From positions 23,314,001 through 23,378,000 of the forward strand of contig NC_087251.1 in assembly GCF_037042905.1 (NCBI RefSeq): a DNA stretch of 64,000 bases. Direction: 5' to 3'. A program made the translations under genes and the position numbers. Shown piece after piece: positions 53,755 through 64,000 of the stretch (its first letter is position 1; the number at the start of each line of letters is the position of its first letter). The DNA is from Lytechinus pictus. Taxonomy: Eukaryota. Under the pieces are notes generated by a model. It saw only the letters and a program-made list of their open reading frames with translations. It ran no database searches and was not told where the DNA came from.

Positions 53755-54585
53755 GTGTCTTACAGTGTATCCCTCCGTGTGTACACAGTGTGTTCACAGT
53801 GTGTCGCAGTGTCTCACAGTGTGTCCATCCGTGTGATCACAGAGCGTCACAGTGTGTCTTACAATGTGTTCACGGTGTGTCGCAGTGTCTTACAGTGTGT
53901 CCCTCCGTGTGTCTTACAGTGTGTTCACGGTGTGTCACAATGTCTCACAGTGTGTCCCTCCGTGTGATCACAGAGCGTCACAGTGTGTCTTACAGTGTGT
54001 TCACGGTGTGTCACAATGTCTCACAGTGTGTCCCTCCGTGTGATCACAGAGCGTCACAGTGTGTCTTACAGTGTGTTCACGGTGTGTCGCAGTGTCTTAC
54101 AGTGTGTACACAGTGTATCACAGTGTGTCTTACAGTGTGTTCACAGTGTGTCCATCCGTGTGATCACAGAGCGTCACAGTGTGTCTTACAGTGCGTTCAC
54201 GGTGTGTCGCAGTGTCTTACAGTGTGTCCCTCCGTGTGTCTTACAGTGTGTTCACGGTGTGTCGCAGTGTCTCACAGTGTGTCCATCCGTGTGATCACAG
54301 AGCGTCACAGTGTGTCTTACAGTATGTTCACGGTGTGTCGCAGTGTCTTACAGTGTGTCCCTCCGTGTGTCTTACAGTGTGTTCACGGTGTGTCACAATG
54401 TCTCACAGTGTGTCCCTCCGTGTGATCACAGAGCGTCACAGTGTGTCTTACAGTGTGTTCACAGTGTGTCTTACAGTGTGTTCACATTGTGTCACAGTGT
54501 CTTACAGTGTATTCAGTGTGTCAAAGTGTATCACCGTGTGTCCCTCCGTGTGTTCAGTGTGTCACAGCGTGCTCCACACTGTGTA
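53755..54585. repeat. GT-rich composite minisatellite (cacagtgtgt subunits, 131-bp higher-order unit)
   Basis: gatcacagagcgtcac recurs at 53835, 53966, 54042, 54162, 54293 and 54424. Confidence 0.95.
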
Positions 54586-57522
54586 AATAATCTTCATGCC
54601 GCCATCTGCAAAAGTTTAAGACCATATGAAAATTTGTGTGTATAGAACGTGTATACTGCAATAGTTTCATTAAAACCTGGCCTATATATTATTTGTTGGT
54701 GTTGATTCCGCGTTTAATTTGATGTTAAAGAAATTGTCTAGTATAGCTTGACTGGTCTCTTGTTCAAATATTTTTGAAAGCAAAATGATTATTCAAGCTA
54801 TTAGACAAGTTCTTTATAAACTAGTTTCCCTTTAACCAATCGAATAACACACGGAATCAAATACTTATAGACCAGTATGTATGTAGTTCCATGGTATATT
54901 CATACACGTGCTATACACACAAATTTTCAGGTGGTAATGCTCAAATTGTGACATCTCATTTGCAGATACCACGATGTGAAAACGCTGTCAAAATTCACAT
55001 TGGCAGGGATTGTAGAATTGAAAATTTTTATTTTCAGTATTTTAAGATTGTGGATAAAAAATCTTCACAAATTCCACTAAGTAAACACACTGTGATCACA
55101 TTAACATTGGATGAAAAAAAATATGTGCAGAATGGTGCATTGGATTCAGTACTGGAATCATGATGGGGGCAGTAGTGACTGTATTTCTGAACATAACTGG
55201 TAAATGGGAAAGTATTTCCGAGATATTCGCGGCTCGGCTTGCAGGGCGCGTTTAGGGTCTCGGAATCAAAATCAAGAAAAGATGTTTGTTGAGTGAAAAA
55301 AAAACATAGAAAATGTTTGTTTTTATGAATTTGACTGTTTCATATATGTTTAAATATATTCTTGTATATTTTATAGAAGGTTCGGGGCATCATTTTTCCA
55401 TTTTTTGGTTTGAAAAGCATGTGGTCGCATGTCGTGTACTGTGTACATAAATGCATTTTTAGAAAACCACCACCCCCTCTTAAGTTAGACAAGTAAAGAC
55501 CAAGGTAAACCTCATTAGTGTTCGAGAAAGTTGGGTAATATATGTATAGGGCCTACTACTGGTTGGGAAGCCAACAAAAAAAACCGCCTATTAATTCCCA
55601 ATACACTTCTGCCAACTTGAGGCAGTAGTTAGGAATTTAAGGGCACGCAGGACATGCAAGAATTCAATCGTGTGCAGGTGTGTGTTATCTATAAGGAGTT
55701 GGTACACAGTGGCGATTCTCCCTGTCGCGCGAAGCTCAAACGCTTCGATTCTTCGAATCCACCATATTTTGAGAGAACGAAAACACGGTATAGAAGTTAT
55801 GCTTTCAATGGCTAAAATTTGATATGATATAGATTTTTGTGTGATAAAAGATTTGAATTGGAGAATTATCAAACAAAGCGTTGTGGTGGGGTGAATACTG
55901 GGCGAGGAGGAAGCTTTCGCCATCCGCCCAAGTGTATAGAATGGACACTTTGATACTAATCATATTTTGGTGATGGAACTTAATTATGAGAAATATGCTA
56001 GTTGAAAGCATATGAGAACGCAAACTTGAGAATGTAGGATATTAAAGGATGTATGAATGATATTGGGTTCGACCTTCTATACGACAGAAACGCCAAAGCA
56101 ATTTTACATTGCATTAAATCAAACGAAGTTCACAATAGTCCTTGTGTGTATAAATATGTAAATGCAAATATCTGAGAAAAAAACATAAAATTAATGACAG
56201 CAAAAATTATATTCCTTTTTGTTATATCCAACATCGACACATCAACAAGATATCTGGCACGACTTTGCACATCGCAGAGTATTTCCTTTGCATCCATCAT
56301 ATCATCTAGTTTTGTTAATACATTTTTATCATCTGTTTAATCATTTGAAGATCACAGGTCGCGGTCACAATCATTAGGCTTATCTATCATTATAAAAAAA
56401 ATATTTCAAATTATTTAATTTCGTGCTAGGATGCGTGAATTTTAGTTGGTAGCCCCTGACTGGTCATAACTGCACTTGTGAAACCGACTCCATATACGGA
56501 TTTCGTTATTTCCAATGACATACAATCGGTATAGGTTTGGAGGTGGTTTCCTGAACATCAAGAACATTATTGGTTATTTGCAAGAGGATAACTCATTAAC
56601 GAATATAATGCCATTTTGGAATGCAGAAGTTTGGGTATAATTTCATTATTGCGTTGCTATTAATACGCATTTTGCAGGTCATAAAAGCAAAGAAGCATTT
56701 GACTTCTGTGGACTGCTCTCGATATGAAGTGCGTTGCATGCTCCGCACCACCTTCCAGAATCACTATACAAAGTTATTGTCAATGTCATTTGATTTTAGC
56801 GGCAAAGTCACAAAAAGAACATAATCGATGCTGAAAAGTATGGCCCAAATTTTCCAAATTGCGACCATAAAAAAGTAATGGTGCTAATGCGATGACAGGT
56901 CGGACCGCAGCTACTAAGGTGGTACGTCAAACATGAAAACATGCCGAGAGTTCCGGGGAGAATAGAAAAGAAAATCCGCTGGTGCCGGAACGGATCAGTG
57001 GGGCTAGTCCATGGATTGAACTTGTCCAATCCGATTTTCTTCTACAAACAACTATTCTTTGGAAAATCGTCGAAAGGGGGAAACTCAATTGCCAGTAATG
57101 CATATATGATGGACGCTGGATCAAATAAAGTGCGACACCAATATTCGTATCTGGGACTGAACCGAAAAAAAGGAGGACACAAACCTCGATTTCATTACTG
57201 GAATAAGTCTAATATTAACACAAAGACTCTTAGTTCGGGGTTTGCCAACTCCCGTCCCTCTATGTGATTCAAGCATTCAGTATCACGATACAACAATGCA
57301 TTCTTTCTCTTCAAATATCGTTTTGATTGACAGGTTGAGACTTACAATATTCAATCTAGATCAATTCTCCTATCATAATACTCCAACTATGTCATAAAAT
57401 TAAATGCGGTTCATGAGACAGAAATATTGATGTCACACAATAAACGACAACTTTTAAAGCTTTTAACCACAATGTATTTTGTAAAGTGATATGGGCCGTT
57501 AATATTGCGTTAATTGTTGAGT

Positions 57523-57805
57523 CAGTGGCGGATCCATGGGAGGGGGGGGGGGGGCAAAGCCACCCCCCTTGAGAGCCATAATCAAAATGTGTAATGCACA
57601 TATACCGTTTTCACCCAAGTGTGCTACCCCCCCCCCCCCCCCGCCCCTTGAAAGTGAGGACTTTTTTTTTGCTTGTCAAATTTTGATCGGACGAAATGAC
57701 CTTCAATTTCAGGTGAAAACCTTTTTTTTTGGGGGGGGGGAGGGAAGGTTGTCAACTTTTCATCGGGAAAATGTGCCCCCCTTGAAAATCCTAGATCCGC
57801 CAGTG
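57523..57805. mobile_element. G/C-tract MITE with 6-bp target site duplication
   Basis: ttgagt|cagtggcggatcca ... tagatccgccagtg|ttgagt. Confidence 0.85.
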
Positions 57806-60800
57806 TTGAGTCGATACTCTATGGATATCACCCAGCTCGTCCTTAATGAAGAGAGAGAGAGAGATGATGATCTCGCCTCTGCATCGATGAATTGATAGAC
57901 ATCATTCCGATCACAACGATCTTTTAATCTGATAAAATTACATCACACGAAGGAGAGCATATGTATTGAAATTCTGCCCAATAATTTATTTGTTAATAAT
58001 TTGTTAATACGTATTGTTATGTAATTACACACATAAACATGCCAGTTTGACATCAGGGAGCTTTCATTTTGCCATCAGGACGGTAAGAAATGGCGTCACT
58101 TTAGACCAAATTACACCTATCATGCCTGTACACACTAATCACAGGTTCCTTCCATCAATCTATACAGCGATCATTCAGCTCATATTCAACATGTTCAAAG
58201 TATCTTCCCTCCGGTCCAAAATACCAGAAATTTCTTCCTTTTTTTTTGGGGGGGGGAAGAACATTTTTAATGTCAAATTGCCATATTCTGATTCATGAAT
58301 GAGCAGAGTACCCAATCGTCTTTCTCTAGAGATCTATTATCTGAGAATAAAACCAACATCAGATCTAGAGATGGAGGATTTGATTTCAAGACCCCTGCAG
58401 TTTGAGCCTTCTCAAAACTCTTGACCCGATTAGGAATGGAACACATCACGTTTTTCGCATCAATTCATTTTTGCCTCATCGTTGAAATTATATCATACGA
58501 ACTACACCAGATACATAATCCAAAAAAAAGATAACACAACGTTTTTTACGGATTCCGAAATTTCTGAACAAAAAAAAATGTACAGCTTGCGCTATGGCCA
58601 ATACTTCTATATTTTGATAGAAATACTCTTCCCCAGATTGCTTTCAACTGAATAAAATAAATATATGTTTCTCTGTTAGGACCTATATCACGGACCGCCA
58701 GTATTTTACAAACCAATCGATAAATTCTATCTAGCCTATGCATGAAAAAATGGGATGATGCATAAACAACAAGTGTTAGACCACAACACTTTCATACTTC
58801 TCCGACGTTAGGGAACTTGAAGGAAATATTATCTCTATAAGGAAGAGTTTAAAATATGACAAGTATTTCAGTGTCAAATTTATAGGGCAATAGCATTGGC
58901 TCCATCGCTGCTTCCATATTTCATTATACCCTGCTGTGTGCGTAAATTATGAGCTAAAGAGAAGTGAGTGTACAAGCAAATCTCAAGTTTGCCCTTTTTC
59001 GGGTGAGCCAGTTGATGTTCACTTGCCACAAACAGATCAGACGTATGGTAACAACTGATATTATTCATCATTTCCGTTCAGATTCATTTTGTAACAGACC
59101 CTTCAAGCATTAAGTTGGACAGTAGAGTCAGTTTGCACCATTTCGCTTTATTTCTGACTGAGCTTTCATACTGGACAAAGTTTATGTTAGAAACAGAAAT
59201 CGACGATTCTAATGTAAATAACAAAGAACTGTGTTAATAATTTTATATATTTGAAAAGAACAAGAGATACATATTGGAGAAATTACATGAAAAGAATACT
59301 TGTGGAATGTTAGACCCTGGTTGGCGAGTTCTGTGTTTTCTTACATGCATGCATGCTGGTGTTTATGATACAAGTTCCATATAGAATTTTAAAAATAACT
59401 TTTCAATAACAACTTTGATAAATTAATAGACAGAGTAGATATATCAGCCGAGCTTAAATATTCATCTGCGCAAAGAATGCACACACCATGAATCTTCATG
59501 AATATACACATGCTTGCTTGCTGAACATACATTATCCCAACTTTGTGTTTCTTTCTGCTACTTCGATAATAATTATCTTCTCGCCTTAAATGATCCATTT
59601 TAGAAGATTGTTGATGAGAGGATGAGAGCAGAACGGGGCATGTGATACCACTGGGACGTGGTCTTCATGGCGCCTCTACTCACCACGTGTCAACCTACAT
59701 CACCAATCAACATTGCAATGGCGTCCGCCTGACACGCTCCTTACCAGGAAATCTCTCCACGGGTACAAGCTTGCCCCCTCAGTCCGTCGCTACCACTTGT
59801 GATAGCGATGGTGGAAGAGGCAAATAACCGGTCACACCACAAACTTAACCCCTCTTTGTGTTGTGGCGTTTGAGGAATTTGATATTGGTCGGTCAAGAGC
59901 ATTCTAAGTGTAGTTTACTTTAAGCATGTTAAGTGTCGGCATATACACTTTAAAATGTTTATATTTAATGCAAGTCCTTGAACGCGTAGGCATGATTGGG
60001 AAGTATAATCACCAACAAACGAAAAGTGTACCCCAACAAAGGGCATAATCATTCTCTCCTTTATATGTTTGACCGAAAAAAAATAAGTAAGCCTATTTGT
60101 AATTCACATTTTATTTTTCTTTATGAGATATGCCTACACACTGATGTTTCACCCTTTCATTCCCGAAAATAAACAAGTTGCAAATGGGATTCCTTTTGGA
60201 CTTCAATGTTTGCTGCTTCGTTTGAAACTGTAAAGTTGTCGAATGATAGATCAAGATGGAATACCACTTATATTAATAATATTCATTATTGATATTATAC
60301 GATATCATTGCGACAAGAAGGATAATAATACACCACATCAGAAGGATTGCAAAGTGGAACATTGTTTAAAGACAAAGGACAGTGGAATACAAGTACAGAA
60401 TGTAAAAGAAAAAATGTGAGAAAGAGAGAGAGAGTCAATTATAATGATGATATGAAATAAAACAGAGGCAAAATGTCACATTTTGATCGAACAAAAGAGA
60501 CAGCTGGGTCTACAATTTGGTAATATCGGATAGGAATAATTGGGTGGTTACCACTAACAATGCTACCAAAGATAACTGATGGAATTAAGCTATTCAAAAG
60601 GCCTAAACACAAATTAAAGTAACAGGACAAACAGTATATCCGAACGTTGGTATTTGCTGCATGATGACGATATCTGGGGGTCTGACCCTTCTGTGCACAA
60701 CTGCTTTTTGCGATGCTCTTTATTTATTTGTGATTGTTATATTCTGTTGAAAGACGCCGTGTTTTCTAGACGATCAACTTTAAGATGTAAGCAATTGATG

Positions 60801-62843
60801 TCTGGACATGCTCTCATGTCAACATTTCATCAGTCGTAATTTTTATCGAGATATATTTCACAGGATGACGACCAAGTCTAGTAGCGTGGCATGTCTCCAT
60901 GATAAGACACTTATGGAGCGACCATCAACGATTGCTTGGTAGATTCAACAGACTTTTTTTTACTACTTCTTTTCAGCAAGAAATGATGACAAATAACGTT
61001 CTAACACATTTTTTTTTCAATATAATCTGGTACAAACACACACACATATATATATTACCATAGGACATTCCCCAACCTCTACCTATAGTCTTTATTCTAG
61101 TAATGCAGGAGGACTCGTGCATTAACCACAATTTTGATGGGGTACACTTGAATCATCTCGTAATTTGTGTTGAATCATGATATGTCGATGAATCCAAAAC
61201 GAAATACGTCTTACACTGATTATAAAACAATCATTTCCAAAAAATTGTGCCTTCCTCTGCCCCCCCCCCCCCCATTATCCACCCGTATCCGTATCCCTTT
61301 CTTCCCATTAGTTCTTCAATATTCCCTCATTATTCTGTCACATGAAATATAGGTATATACTACCAGCAAGTATAAGCTTATATAGATATGAAAACGACAT
61401 ATTGAATATAGAAAGTCTATATCGTCTACATCTATGAAGTCCACCAACCCTTTCAAAGTCTTCAAAGGAAGAGGAAGAAAGTGGCCGAGACGCATCCCAT
61501 CACACATGTTCAGGGATTTGAGCATGATGCTCGGGGTGCTTGTGCAGGATTTCCCTCAAGATTAGTCCTTTTATCCTGCTTTCAGCAAAGATGCCATCTC
61601 GAGGCCCCACAGAGCCCGTTTCCGACACCACTTCTTTCATCACGCCTAAGTTAAAGAGTCGCCATATAGTGTTGTTGGGCTAAATCCGCACAGCACACCG
61701 CGAAAACGGCTCACTGACCCCTTGCTCCCAGGCCAGAATTCTCCCGTGGGTTGTCAGCCTCGCGCCGCATCGGCTGAACCCGTAATAGCGACGGACGTAA
61801 TCGACATACCATCGGAATAATGGGAGCGTGGCAGCTATAGGTCCTTGCCTCTTTTTCCCCCTTTGGGATTCATTTGGGACTCGTTGGAAATTCAGCGAGG
61901 TGACAGGCGAGCTGTGAACTGGGTTTAACACTTAACTGATGGTTAACTGACAGATTGAGGACGTCGAAAAGCTCGGGCCAAAACCAAACACCCTCCCCAC
62001 CCCCTCCCCCCAAACATGGGGGGGGGGGTATTAATATGCAGACCAAAATCATATTTTGTTTTACCATGCAGGTATACTTTAAAACTAAACGAATTGCGAA
62101 ATTCAATTACATTGAAAATTCTTATTTCTTTATCTTAGAAATGAAATGCGTTCAGCGCATATGGTTGCATTGGAGCAGTGTTAACCTCCTGCCCTCGCTA
62201 AACATTTGTCGCAGTCAAAATTCTTTTGCTTAAAATATCGCGGATAGATGAGGATAAATGCTGTCAATCCCATGGCTCGTTTGTCATTAATCATACTTCA
62301 ACTTTCTGTGTGTTCATCCATGTAATCAAACGTGTAATATTTGGAATAATAACATTCTCTCGAGCTTCCTCGCTCTTCGTATCGCCGCAGCTCCACCCCT
62401 AGATCCCGGCCCTATATAGATAATCTGTTTCTTTAGGAATGCATTGGTCTTCCCGGTTCTCGTCGACAAACCCTTGGTTCTCTTTTCATAATTAATTTAG
62501 AGTCATTACTAGACATTACACTTAGAGGAAAGGGAGAAATTTAACATGTATTATGAGTAGGGGAAGGAAGTAAAGAAAGAGAATGGGATGCACAATAAGC
62601 ATTAAATTTGCATTTTTCATGCTTTAAAATTATCCCAGTGGATCCCGATGCGTTGGACAACTATTGGATCTTGCACTTTTAAGGGTGCCCCAACATGGGC
62701 AATGCGCGAATTCACATCGACTTACCTCTGCAAAACCTTTTCTTTTAATAAGGATTATGCAGATGGATATTTTCTACCCAAGAATACACTACCGAATGAT
62801 TCATTCTTAAACATATGTCTCGAAATCTGCGCTTGACAGTGAG

Positions 62844-63083
62844 CAGTGGCGTGATGAGCCAAAATTTGTGAGGGGGTATTATGACACATCTTGCAAAGTT
62901 TATAAAAACTTGCGAGCGATCAAAAATTTCGACATTTTTATTAAAAATAGCTAATTTCGTGATAGATTTTGACATGATATTCAGAAAACAATATCATATT
63001 TCACCACTCTCTTTCCTTTTCTTTTGGTCGTGAAAATGGGAGGGGTGGGGCACGCACCCCAAGCCCCCATCTGTACACCATTG
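62844..63083. mobile_element. hAT-like MITE with 8-bp target site duplication
   Basis: acagtgag|cagtggcgt ... acaccattg|acagtgag. Confidence 0.8.
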
Positions 63084-64000
63084 ACAGTGAGACATATTAA
63101 TAATACAGGATCATTAATTACTTTTGTGGTCGATCAATTTCACATCATTTTCTTAGAACGCATTTTCTTTTCTTAATTCATCAATGACCAGAAAGAAGCG
63201 AAATTCATCCTTGAAAATATGAGCTGCAATCCAGAAAGAGGGCGTGTTTCCTCGGAATTTTTTGATATTGTAACAACGTAACAACCCTCCCTATTTCCTT
63301 CCCGAGCCGTGACAAAGTATATTTAAAAAAAATCGGCAAGCCTGCAGTGAGGTGGTATAAATCACAATTTCATCTTGTTGGTAGTTCTCGGCAACCTCGC
63401 GTAGGTGGTAAAAAAAGTGCTACTGAAAAAAGTGACAAACTTTAATTCCCGTTATTAGCCTGTATATTACGTGACTGTGAGCTTAACCTTCTCCAAGATT
63501 AAGAAAGGTTGCTAAGAGTTAAAAAACGAATAAAATGCCATGAATGCGTGGACCATTTGCTAAATGAAGACAAGATGAGTCTACAATTGAGAGGTTTGCA
63601 TAACAGTGTTGCGCAGACATTGAAAGGGCATATTTATATATATATATAAAAGATCTACTATCAAATTATTAGAACGTTCACAATTTGCATGAGAAGGAAT
63701 GTCATAAGCATGAACTACAACATGATTGCATATGGTGAGGGGGCTGCGGAAACTATTTCTTGGTGTCAAGCTTGGGAGAAAGTAATCCAAGCGGTCAGTA
63801 AATGAACAAGTGAGCGGGGAAGCGAGAGGGCCATTTGCGATCAATATTCCTTCTTCCCGTTCCTCTTTTCCATAGTCTATTCACACCAGAAGGGGGTGCC
63901 CCTCTCTATTCGGGCCTATTAAAGGCCAAGTAACATCGGAACCAAATCAGCTGCGAATCCATCCGAATACACGTATTCCCGTGGTTTCGGGGGTATTTTG

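Noticed and set aside
53755..54645. Cys-rich repeat protein ORFs (metallothionein- or keratin-associated-like)
   Set aside because: Open frames arise from a GT-rich minisatellite, with overlapping frames and no splice or signal evidence.
55591..55923. RTE/LINE reverse-transcriptase remnant (RRIEAFEL motif)
   Set aside because: Only about 8 residues resemble the RTE C-terminal motif and the flanks do not. It cannot be supported without BLASTX.
56941..57267. 108-aa ORF as a third gene
   Set aside because: No recognisable domain, splice context or family resemblance.

Overview
AT-rich, intron-containing animal DNA. The repeat types suggest an invertebrate deuterostome such as a sea urchin, which is an inference. 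Two protein-coding genes are supported and they are convergent (tail to tail). (1) On the + strand lies the 3' half of an FMN/Cappuccino-subfamily formin, missed by the ORF track because it is split into seven short exons (2789-2862, 4631-4690, 5732-5852, 12978-13122, 15094-15243, 16638-16731, 17754-17792). These splice with canonical GT-AG sites and consistent phases into the C-terminal FH2 region plus a Spire-binding (FSI)-like tail. (2) On the - strand lies a Gremlin (DAN-family BMP antagonist) with one main coding exon (30669-31244), preceded by a splice acceptor at 31251/31252. This is the same gene pair and orientation as vertebrate FMN1-GREM1 and FMN2-GREM2, where formin introns house gremlin enhancers, so the window may be an ancient genomic regulatory block. 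The remainder is non-coding: candidate upstream gremlin exons and a promoter, motif-dense candidate enhancers, tRNA-headed CORE-type SINEs, several MITEs, and micro/minisatellites with higher-order structure. CpG density rises sharply between the formin and gremlin domains. I found no prokaryotic, CRISPR or wholly novel protein system. Nearly all other listed ORFs are low-complexity or random.
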